Shown here: positions 8,257 to 15,385 of the stretch, piece after piece
Numbering within the stretch: position 1 is the first letter of the stretch
Layout: every line of letters starts with the position of its first letter
NCBI GenBank assembly: GCA_003142795.1
Contig: PLNN01000024.1
Span: forward strand, 1,078 to 65,077
Length of the DNA stretch: 64,000 nucleotides
Reading direction: 5' to 3'
Origin: Candidatus Omnitrophota bacterium
Lineage (GTDB): Bacteria > Omnitrophota > Gorgyraeia > 2-01-FULL-45-10
Position numbers and translations under genes: made by a program
The notes under the pieces: model-generated
Told to the model about the DNA's origin: nothing
Seen by the model: the letters and a program-made list of their open reading frames with translations, nothing else
Databases searched by the model: none

Positions 8257-8652
8257 ATGATGGATAAGAAGAAGCTGATAAAGAATATCGTGTGGATCAT
8301 TGCCATAGCGGTGTACGTGTGGTTATTTGTGTCGCTTGAGCCGTGGCGGATAAATGTTAAGGAATTGATGAGCGGATGGGGTCTATTTACCTTGCTTATC
8401 ATCATCACTATGCCGGGGCTTATCGTATCATGTATAGGCATGATCCTGGGCAAGAAGGGGTTCGGTAAGGCATTCGTGATATTCAATGGTATCTATTTGG
8501 TATGCGGGGCTTATATGGTATACTTTGCATGGACTTTTTACATATTTAAGGTCCCAACGCTGATGGAACGGCTCGCAAGCACGCGATCCAGTATATTGTT
8601 CGGCATCCTTATGCCGTTAGTCCTTTTTTATTATCTGGAAAGAACTAAATGA
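8257..8652 (+). CDS. Membrane protein, about 4 TM
   Basis: Four hydrophobic segments. Confidence 0.7.
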   Translation: MMDKKKLIKNIVWIIAIAVYVWLFVSLEPWRINVKELMSGWGLFTLLIIITMPGLIVSCIGMILGKKGFGKAFVIFNGIYLVCGAYMVYFAWTFYIFKVPTLMERLASTRSSILFGILMPLVLFYYLERTK

Positions 8653-9386
8653 TCAAGAGTGTTGTACGGGCAGAAGCGGCAAAGAGGGCGTTGAGGAAAT
8701 ACGGAGATAAAGAAAAAGCAAGACTTCTTAAGCGGTACTTTAAGACAGGGCCGGGTGAATACGCGGAAGGGGATGTTTTTATCGGCGTTAACGTGCCGAT
8801 AGTCAGAAAGCTGGCGAAACGGTTCGAGGATCTGGGCCTCGCAGAGAATGTCAGATTATTGAAATCGTCGATACATGAAGAACGATTGCTTTCGCTTTTA
8901 ATTTTTGTTTCGAAGTTTTCGCGCTCGGACAACGATCGCAAAAAAGAGATATACGATATATATCTGAAGCACACCGGGTATATAAACAACTGGGATCTTG
9001 TCGACGTTACGGCCAAACGTATTGTCGGTGCATACTTGATGGATAAAAACAAGTCACCATTATACAGGCTGGCTAGATCGAGATCGGTATGGGAGAGAAG
9101 GATCTCGATATTATCGACGTTCCATTTTATCGATAGACGTGAATTTAGTGATGCGCTGAAGATAGCCGAAATGCTATTGTCCGACCGGCAGGACCTGATC
9201 CATAAAGCGGTGGGCTGGATGCTCAGGGAGGTCGGTAAGAAAGACGTTGCCGCGGAAGAAGGATTTTTACAAAAACATTGCGCAATAATGCCGCGGACAA
9301 TGTTGCGCTATGCCATTGAACGATTTCCTGAAAGGAAACGGCGCGGTTATTTAATTAATAGATATATAACCGGAGGTATAAAATGA
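8649..9386 (+). CDS. DNA alkylation repair protein, AlkD-like
   Basis: FKTGPGEYAEGDVFIGV, INNWDLVD, WERR, IHKAVGWMLRE, MPRTMLRYAIE. Confidence 0.9.
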   Translation: MIKSVVRAEAAKRALRKYGDKEKARLLKRYFKTGPGEYAEGDVFIGVNVPIVRKLAKRFEDLGLAENVRLLKSSIHEERLLSLLIFVSKFSRSDNDRKKEIYDIYLKHTGYINNWDLVDVTAKRIVGAYLMDKNKSPLYRLARSRSVWERRISILSTFHFIDRREFSDALKIAEMLLSDRQDLIHKAVGWMLREVGKKDVAAEEGFLQKHCAIMPRTMLRYAIERFPERKRRGYLINRYITGGIK

Positions 9387-9535
9387 GCCAGGAAGAACAC
9401 ATATTGCATGAATTGAAAGAGATGCATGTCTGGGTCGCGCATGCCGACAAGCAGATATCGCGCGTGAAGTGGTCGCTTTTCGGTCTTTTGAGCATCCAGA
9501 TAATTATCATATTACTGATGCTGGTCAAGAAATAA
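9383..9535 (+). CDS. 50-aa protein with C-terminal membrane anchor (not in ORF track)
   Basis: GGAGG RBS; MSQEEHILHELKEMHVWVAHADKQISRVKWSLFGLLSIQIIIILLMLVKK fills the gap between neighbours. Confidence 0.6.
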   Translation: MSQEEHILHELKEMHVWVAHADKQISRVKWSLFGLLSIQIIIILLMLVKK

Positions 9536-9551
9536 TATTGGAGGCGAAAAC

Positions 9552-10589
9552 ATGAAAAATGAACGCTGGTTCGATCTCGGTCCGGTAAAAGAATTAAAAA
9601 AACACACACTTCAGCATATTATTATCGGTAAGATGCCTATCGCGCTGGTATACAAAAATGGGGAATTCAGCGCTGCCTCCGGAGAATGCAATCATGAAAA
9701 AGGGCCGCTGGGCAAGGGGCATATGGAGGGTGATTACATAGTCTGCCCATGGCATGGCTGGCATTATCACAGAAAGACCGGGCATTCCAAACCGCCGCAT
9801 GATGTGGCATGTCTGCCGCGGCATTCAGTAAAAGAGAAAGGTTCTCATTTATTTGTCAACTTGCGGCCGCAAAACCGCCGCGCTTATTTTCCCCATCCTC
9901 CGCATCCGCTGGCCAGAAAAATCGTACGCAAGCCGGGACCGATCAGGATAGCGGGCATATCGACAACGCCAATGGATGAAGTCCTAAAACGCTATTCAAC
10001 GTCGGAGCGCTTGCTCGAGACCGCGTTAGCTCACGCCAGGACAAAATTGAAGGCAGAAACAAAACTGATCAAGTTGCGCAACCTGAAGTTCAACCATTGC
10101 GGCGGGTTCTATTCGATAGATGAAAAGGCCTGCACGTGGCCGTGCACATACTCGCAAATCGATGAAAAAGATAAATTGGGCGAGGTGTATGAGGCGCTTG
10201 TATTCTGGGCAGATATTATTTTGATCGCCACTCCCATCAGGTGGGGAAGCGCGAGCTCTTTGTACTATAAAATGGCCGAACGCTTAAATTGTATCGAGAA
10301 CCAGGCAATGCTTTATGACAAGAAATTGATCAAGAACAAGGTTGCGGCGTTTATAATAACCGGCGGGCAGGATAATGTCCAGGCAGTAGCGGGACAGATG
10401 ATGACGTTCTTCAGCCAGCTTGGGTTTTTATTTCCCCGGGATCCTTTTGTCGGGCATAGCCGCGGATGGGCCGCCGAAGACATGGATAATAATATAAAGT
10501 ATGTGAGATCGAGTAACGAATTAAGAGTGGAAATTAATCGGCTGGTCGAAGGGGCAGTTGAAATGTCCAGATCGCTTTTGAAAAAATAA
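9552..10589 (+). CDS. Rieske [2Fe-2S] domain fused to NAD(P)H-dependent FMN reductase/flavodoxin-like domain
   Basis: CNH...CPWH Rieske ligands; ADIILIATPIRWG, ERL, KVAAFIITGG flavodoxin-fold motifs. Confidence 0.85.
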   Translation: MKNERWFDLGPVKELKKHTLQHIIIGKMPIALVYKNGEFSAASGECNHEKGPLGKGHMEGDYIVCPWHGWHYHRKTGHSKPPHDVACLPRHSVKEKGSHLFVNLRPQNRRAYFPHPPHPLARKIVRKPGPIRIAGISTTPMDEVLKRYSTSERLLETALAHARTKLKAETKLIKLRNLKFNHCGGFYSIDEKACTWPCTYSQIDEKDKLGEVYEALVFWADIILIATPIRWGSASSLYYKMAERLNCIENQAMLYDKKLIKNKVAAFIITGGQDNVQAVAGQMMTFFSQLGFLFPRDPFVGHSRGWAAEDMDNNIKYVRSSNELRVEINRLVEGAVEMSRSLLKK

Positions 10590-10595
10590 TAATAT

Positions 10596-10865
10596 ATGAA
10601 CACGAAAGAAGAATACATAGAGCATGAAGCGCGGCGCCGGGCCGAATACGAAGCCCAGTGCATGCGATGCGGGACATGCTGCGGCGCTGATACCGATCCG
10701 TGCGCGAACCTTAAGGTCGACGGCGCCGGCAAATATTACTGTGACTCATATGACGATCGTTTCGGTGAGCGCTTTACGGTATCGGGCCTGAAATTTACCT
10801 GCGTTCCCATAAGAGATGTGTTGGTGTATGCGCCGCCATCTGCCGATTGCGGTTATGCGGATTAG
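10596..10865 (+). CDS. CxxCxxCC (YkgJ-like) Cys-cluster protein
   Basis: CMRCGTCC...C..L.......C..Y..R. Confidence 0.75.
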   Translation: MNTKEEYIEHEARRRAEYEAQCMRCGTCCGADTDPCANLKVDGAGKYYCDSYDDRFGERFTVSGLKFTCVPIRDVLVYAPPSADCGYAD

Positions 10866-10875
10866 GAGATTTGAT

Positions 10876-11289
10876 ATGAGGATCATGATAATAGTTCTCG
10901 GTATAGTTTGTTTATTGGCTAATACTGCTACGGCAGCGCTGATGATGCGAGAGAGGTCCATGTCGGACAATGTCCCGGACCCGGTTCTCCTGTCTCCCGT
11001 ACAAGAGTCGGTCGATCTCACGGGCAAGGCTTCGCTTGAATTCAGGTGGAGTCCCCACGAGAGAGCCAGGGGTTTCAGGAGATTTTATGATTTCAGGCTA
11101 TATGAAGGCACAAACGAAGTAGAGTCTACGCGAATATATAAAGAAGAGGTGCCTCCGGAGCAGCATAATAAGAGCCTTCCAACGAAAATGTTCGACAACG
11201 GAAAAGTTTACACGTGGACATTGAGACAGGTCTATGATGAGGGAAGGAAGAGTAGGCGTAGTTATAATACGTTTAAAGTCGTAAAATAG
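10876..11289 (+). CDS. Secreted protein, Ig/fibronectin-like
   Basis: AGGAG RBS; signal peptide; P.LLSP...FRWS...YTWTLR. Confidence 0.6.
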   Translation: MRIMIIVLGIVCLLANTATAALMMRERSMSDNVPDPVLLSPVQESVDLTGKASLEFRWSPHERARGFRRFYDFRLYEGTNEVESTRIYKEEVPPEQHNKSLPTKMFDNGKVYTWTLRQVYDEGRKSRRSYNTFKVVK

Positions 11290-11294
11290 TTATT

Positions 11295-11558
11295 TTGTGG
11301 ATGATCCGGGGGTTTGAAAAGGTGATTATCGTAGCTATATCAGTGACGCTGGTTATATTGTCTTTCGGGATATTGTGCGTTCGGCGGCCGGAAAGAGCCA
11401 TAGAAATGCAAAAAAAGTTTTATGAAAAAATAAATTGGAGATTGGAGCCGATCGTCGTAAAAAGGGAATTGAAAAATACCAGGATCATGGGAATATTCAT
11501 GGTTGTCGCGGGCGCGCTGACCCTTCTTCTCATTATTCTGAGGACCATGAAGAAATAA
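11295..11558 (+). CDS. Small 2-TM membrane protein
   Basis: Two hydrophobic helices; start uncertain. Confidence 0.6.
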   Translation: MWMIRGFEKVIIVAISVTLVILSFGILCVRRPERAIEMQKKFYEKINWRLEPIVVKRELKNTRIMGIFMVVAGALTLLLIILRTMKK

Positions 11559-11569
11559 AGAGATAGATC

Positions 11570-11779
11570 ATGAAACGATGGATCGTGATATTAATATCGG
11601 CGGTTGTTATATTGGCGATGTTCCGCTTCCTTACAACGCGCGGGAAAGAGGGCGGGATGTGGAAATTCAGGGAGTGTTCGGGCGTGACGAGGTTTGGCCC
11701 TTCCGGGCCAGTCGAGGATAACGCCCAGCCTCTCAGCGATCATGTCTATGTCGTTCCTAAGGAAGGAGAATGCAAATGA
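11570..11779 (+). CDS. Small hypothetical protein with N-terminal anchor
   Basis: 69 aa ORF in operon position. Confidence 0.5.
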   Translation: MKRWIVILISAVVILAMFRFLTTRGKEGGMWKFRECSGVTRFGPSGPVEDNAQPLSDHVYVVPKEGECK

Positions 11780-12261
11780 AGCCGGCTCTTGTTGGGACTT
11801 CCATATTGCTATTATCGGTCATTATCGCATCTACCCCTGCTTTGACATTTGCAGAATTAAAAAAAGATAATACTGGGAAAATATACGTTGTTAAAAACAA
11901 CGACAGGGCAGGGACGCCTGCCCGGGCGATAGAATTCCAGCCGGCAAAAGACCCGGCCTACAAAGACACGATCCAGAGCGATAACTTCTTCAGGAAACGT
12001 TATATGGATATTGTGAATGAGGGGATTTGCTGTGTGCAACAGGGCCAATATGAGCAAGCGGTCGAGAAATGTAATGCTGCTATCAAGATAGAACCGGGCC
12101 TGCCTTATGCATATGTCAATCTTGCCGACGCCTGCTGCGGGTTAAAAAGATATAAAGAGGCTAAGGATAATTATAAGAAAGCCGAAGAAATATTCCGGGG
12201 AACGGGGAACTCGGAAGGTATCAGGAAGGTAGAAGAGTCCCTCGCTCTTATTACGCAATAG
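11776..12261 (+). CDS. Exported TPR-repeat protein
   Basis: Signal peptide; GQYEQAVEKCNAAIKIEP...AYVNLA...YKEAKDNYKKA. Confidence 0.75.
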   Translation: MKPALVGTSILLLSVIIASTPALTFAELKKDNTGKIYVVKNNDRAGTPARAIEFQPAKDPAYKDTIQSDNFFRKRYMDIVNEGICCVQQGQYEQAVEKCNAAIKIEPGLPYAYVNLADACCGLKRYKEAKDNYKKAEEIFRGTGNSEGIRKVEESLALITQ

Positions 12262-12278
12262 AGACGAAAGGCGCAGGA

Positions 12279-12647
12279 ATGAAAAAGATACTGATCATAG
12301 ACGATGAAGAGGAATTCGATACTTTTATAAAAACGAACCTTGAATTAAGGGAGGATTATGAGGTCAGTTTTGCCCTGGACGGCGAAGAGGGTTTGAGGGT
12401 CGCGAAAGAGCTGAAACCGGATCTCATACTTCTCGATATCATGATGCCCAAGATGAACGGTTTCGAGGTGCTGAAAGGCCTGAGGGGGGACGAAAAGACG
12501 AAGTCTATTCCCGTTATTATGGTCACTGCCAGGAGCGATGATGATTCTATGATAGAGGCATTGAAATTGCACGACGACGGCTATATAATAAAACCGGTAA
12601 AGATAGAAGAATTGGAAAGAAAGCTGGAAGAAAAACTGGAAACGTAG
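12279..12647 (+). CDS. Single-domain response regulator (CheY-like)
   Basis: ILIIDDE, PDLILLDIMMPKMNG, VTA, YIIKP. Confidence 0.92.
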   Translation: MKKILIIDDEEEFDTFIKTNLELREDYEVSFALDGEEGLRVAKELKPDLILLDIMMPKMNGFEVLKGLRGDEKTKSIPVIMVTARSDDDSMIEALKLHDDGYIIKPVKIEELERKLEEKLET

Positions 12648-12656
12648 GAGGCCCAA

Positions 12657-12998
12657 TTGAAGATATTATTTTTCGTTATGGTCGTGATAATGCTGGCTCT
12701 TAACGTAAGTTCGGCGGAAGAGAAAGATAAAGGCGGCGGCCTGTTCTCGGAAGGCAGTTTTCTTTCGGAAGCCATATCTTCCGTAACCGACAAGATAGGC
12801 AAGGTAACGTCCGGTGAGGAAAAGATCGTAGACGATAACGCAAAAGGCGTTGATAAGGATATCCTGTCTTATGACGCGGAGCGGTTCGGCAGGTCCAGGA
12901 GCGCATTAAATAACGATGATTACCGGAATTACCGAAAAAGAGTAATGCAGGAACAGGAACAAAAAAATGGGGTAGTGTCCGGGGATGGGACGCATTAG
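12657..12998 (+). CDS. Secreted hypothetical protein
   Basis: AGGAGG RBS before TTG; signal peptide. Confidence 0.6.
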   Translation: MKILFFVMVVIMLALNVSSAEEKDKGGGLFSEGSFLSEAISSVTDKIGKVTSGEEKIVDDNAKGVDKDILSYDAERFGRSRSALNNDDYRNYRKRVMQEQEQKNGVVSGDGTH

Positions 12999-13011
12999 AG
13001 AAGGAGGACGT

Positions 13012-13266
13012 TTGGATAATGTCATGATCATCGGGACCATAGCGGCAGTATGCACTACCGCATCTTTTGTTCCGCAGGTTATCAAGGTTTACCGCACCAG
13101 GCATACCAAGGACCTGTCATTGCCCATGTACGTGCTTTTTTCATTAGGTGTATTTATATGGATGTGCTATGGTTTCATGACCTATAGTTTTCCGATAATA
13201 TTGGCAAACGGCATAACGTTCCTTTTGTCGATATACGTATTGATAGCGAAGATGAGGTATAAATAA
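13012..13266 (+). CDS. SemiSWEET (PQ-loop/MtN3) sugar transporter
   Basis: TTASFVPQVIK...TKDLSL...WMCYG...PIILAN; AAGGAGG before TTG 13012. Confidence 0.9.
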   Translation: MDNVMIIGTIAAVCTTASFVPQVIKVYRTRHTKDLSLPMYVLFSLGVFIWMCYGFMTYSFPIILANGITFLLSIYVLIAKMRYK

Positions 13267-13268
13267 TA

Positions 13269-13616
13269 ATGCATGACCTGACATTTGCAAATGAAATAAT
13301 CTCAGTCTTGCAGAAAAAACTGTCGGCAATGGGCAAGAGTTCTTTATCTAAAAGGGCCGTCATCAATGTGAGGTTGAGCCCGCTTACGCATGTTACACCC
13401 GACGGGCTTAACGAGATCTTTAAACAGATCGCCGAAAGCCGGGGGCTGGGCAGCGCCGTCTTGAGCATAAAACCTCTGGAATTCGGGATGCGCTGCAATG
13501 CTTGCGGGTTCGTATCGAGCCACTCAGCGCCGGTCTTCGAATGCCCGAAATGCGGAGGCAGTGATTTTGACATAAAAAAAGAAAAAGAATTCGTAATAGA
13601 TTCAATCGACATATGA
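13269..13616 (+). CDS. hypA: Nickel metallochaperone, HypA/HybF family
   Basis: N-terminal MHD (canonical MHE); CNAC...CPKC zinc site; IDSIDI C-terminus. Confidence 0.85.
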   Translation: MHDLTFANEIISVLQKKLSAMGKSSLSKRAVINVRLSPLTHVTPDGLNEIFKQIAESRGLGSAVLSIKPLEFGMRCNACGFVSSHSAPVFECPKCGGSDFDIKKEKEFVIDSIDI

Positions 13617-13647
13617 AAAGAAGCTAAATTGCGGAAAGGAGGATGAA

Positions 13648-13722
13648 ATGGCTAAAAAAAATACAAGAAGATCGAAGAGACTTGCCATGAGACGCAGGAA
13701 AAGAAGAAAATTGAGAAAATAG
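13648..13722 (+). CDS. 24-aa Arg/Lys-rich peptide (not in ORF track)
   Basis: AAAGGAGG 5 nt before ATG; MAKKNTRRSKRLAMRRRKRRKLRK. Confidence 0.55.
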   Translation: MAKKNTRRSKRLAMRRRKRRKLRK

Positions 13723-13745
13723 CGTTAAATAAAAAAGGAGGAGGC

Positions 13746-14153
13746 ATGAGAAGATATAAGGCCGTATTGTTGGCGATGTGTATCATATTTTTTTCGGCCT
13801 CCCAGGCCGCGCAGGCGATATCGTGGGAACATGACCTGACGCAGGCCCTTAAAGAGGCATCCGGCAAAGGAAGCCCGGTAATGGCAGATTTTTATACAGA
13901 GTGGTGCGGTTGGTGCAAAAAACTCGATTCTGATACCTACTCGGATAAGTCGGTAAACGATCTTTCCGGCAAATTCATCTGCGTTAAGGTGGATGCAGAT
14001 AAATCCAGCGAACTGGCGGGTAAGTACGGAGTTCGCGGCTATCCCACCATAATTTTTCTGAACAGTAAAGGCGATGTCGTAGAAAAGGTCGTCGGCTATG
14101 TCGATGCCGAGGGTTTGAAAAAGACGATGAATAAAGTTTTGCAGCTTAAATAG
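13746..14153 (+). CDS. Exported thioredoxin-family protein
   Basis: Signal peptide; DFYTEWCGWCK; GYPT cis-Pro motif. Confidence 0.88.
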   Translation: MRRYKAVLLAMCIIFFSASQAAQAISWEHDLTQALKEASGKGSPVMADFYTEWCGWCKKLDSDTYSDKSVNDLSGKFICVKVDADKSSELAGKYGVRGYPTIIFLNSKGDVVEKVVGYVDAEGLKKTMNKVLQLK

Positions 14154-14164
14154 GAGATCCCAGG

Positions 14165-14506
14165 ATGAGAAGGATGATCGCTTTTATATTGATCTTCGTA
14201 TTTATAATAGGCCTGGAGGCGCCAGGTTATTGTTACGGGCCGATCAGGAAGCTGGAGCGGGGCGTATGGAATATGCTTACGTGTCCTGCGGAAATTCCGC
14301 ATAGGATGATCGAGAAGACCAGAGACACAAAGTTCCCGGACGGCGTAGTTGTTGGTTTCATAGAAGGCTGCACTATGATGGTTTTCAGGGCAGGGATAGG
14401 TTTCTTCGAGGTGCTGCTTTTCCCGATCCCTATTCCGCCGAAATATGAACCTTCGCTAAAAGATCCCGAATTTTTCTTTTTGAAAGTCCCGGATGAGAAG
14501 AAATAG
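14165..14506 (+). CDS. TIGR04073-like (exosortase-associated family) protein
   Basis: KLERGVWNMLT.PAEIP...R...GFFEVLLFPIP. Confidence 0.7.
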   Translation: MRRMIAFILIFVFIIGLEAPGYCYGPIRKLERGVWNMLTCPAEIPHRMIEKTRDTKFPDGVVVGFIEGCTMMVFRAGIGFFEVLLFPIPIPPKYEPSLKDPEFFFLKVPDEKK

Positions 14507-15017
14507 AAAAATATTTAAATTAGCGGCTGCGCTTATTTTTGTTTCATCGGTTTTCGCACCCATCTGCAGGGGTGAAGGGGAGGTCAAGGACCTGAAACAG
14601 TTCGAATACTGGGAAAACAAAAAGATCAGGACGTGCACAGTATTCGACGTCAGCGGTTATATCAAAACGAAGGCGTATTGCAGGCAGGACGGGACCGTAG
14701 AAAAGATAGACAAATTCGACCGTTACGGCAACAGGATAGAAGAAGGTTTCTACGACCAGAAGGGCAGGCTTAAGACAGGCGTGGACGGCTGGGCGGCGAT
14801 GCGGTGGTGGTATGACGGCACGCGCCTCACGGCGCAGGTATCATATGACGAAGGCGGCATGCCGATGGACAGGAGATATTTCAGCGAATCCGGGCGCCTG
14901 GTGCTCAGGCAATACAGGGATGACGTGAATTTTAATCCGTATGAGGACGCGGCAATGGCGATGCTCCTGGGCCCACAGAACGTTCCCTGTGTCATAAAAG
15001 AGAAGAGAGACCGGTAA
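14493..15017 (+). CDS. Exported hypothetical protein with short beta-hairpin (MORN/YD-like) repeats
   Basis: Signal peptide; recurring FD..G / YD..G units. Confidence 0.55.
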   Translation: MRRNRKIFKLAAALIFVSSVFAPICRGEGEVKDLKQFEYWENKKIRTCTVFDVSGYIKTKAYCRQDGTVEKIDKFDRYGNRIEEGFYDQKGRLKTGVDGWAAMRWWYDGTRLTAQVSYDEGGMPMDRRYFSESGRLVLRQYRDDVNFNPYEDAAMAMLLGPQNVPCVIKEKRDR

Positions 15018-15032
15018 AAAAAGGATGAAGGT

Positions 15033-15275
15033 ATGAATAAAGCAAATCTGCTTAAGATAACGAATGTTTTATTGTTTATTTCGGCAGCTATTCAGGTTTT
15101 AACAGGTGTGACGTTATTCTTCGATCTTTTTATTGCGCAGGCAAAAGTCTTTGAATTTATAACCCAGGTGCATAGACATAACGGCCCGGTCTTCGCTCTG
15201 CTTGTGGCTTTGCACCTTTCATTGAACTGGGGTTGGATAAAAAACCAATTTTTTAGCAAACATACAGCTAGTTAA
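15033..15275 (+). CDS. DUF4405-like small membrane protein
   Basis: LTG...VHRHNG...LHLSLNWGWIK; two His in TM helices. Confidence 0.7.
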   Translation: MNKANLLKITNVLLFISAAIQVLTGVTLFFDLFIAQAKVFEFITQVHRHNGPVFALLVALHLSLNWGWIKNQFFSKHTAS

Positions 15276-15308
15276 GATTTCTAAAAGGTGAAGTTGGGTA
15301 TATTCTTC

Positions 15309-15338
15309 TTGACAGAGAATATTAGCTCAATATATACT
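15309..15338 (+). promoter_or_regulatory. sigma70 promoter upstream of fusA2-yebC-ruv operon
   Basis: TTGACA-18 nt-TATACT. Confidence 0.55.
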
Positions 15339-15385
15339 TATAGAATTATTATTTAAAGACAAAAACAGGAAGGAGCCTTCTGATA

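Noticed and set aside
2089-8260. Classical integron or CRISPR array
   Set aside because: No tyrosine recombinase, no clear RYYYAAC/GTTRRRY attC ends, no cas genes; repeats are variable and spaced by whole genes.
7521-8486. 321-aa minus-strand ORF
   Set aside because: Antisense shadow of the TA pair and neighbours; no recognisable motifs.
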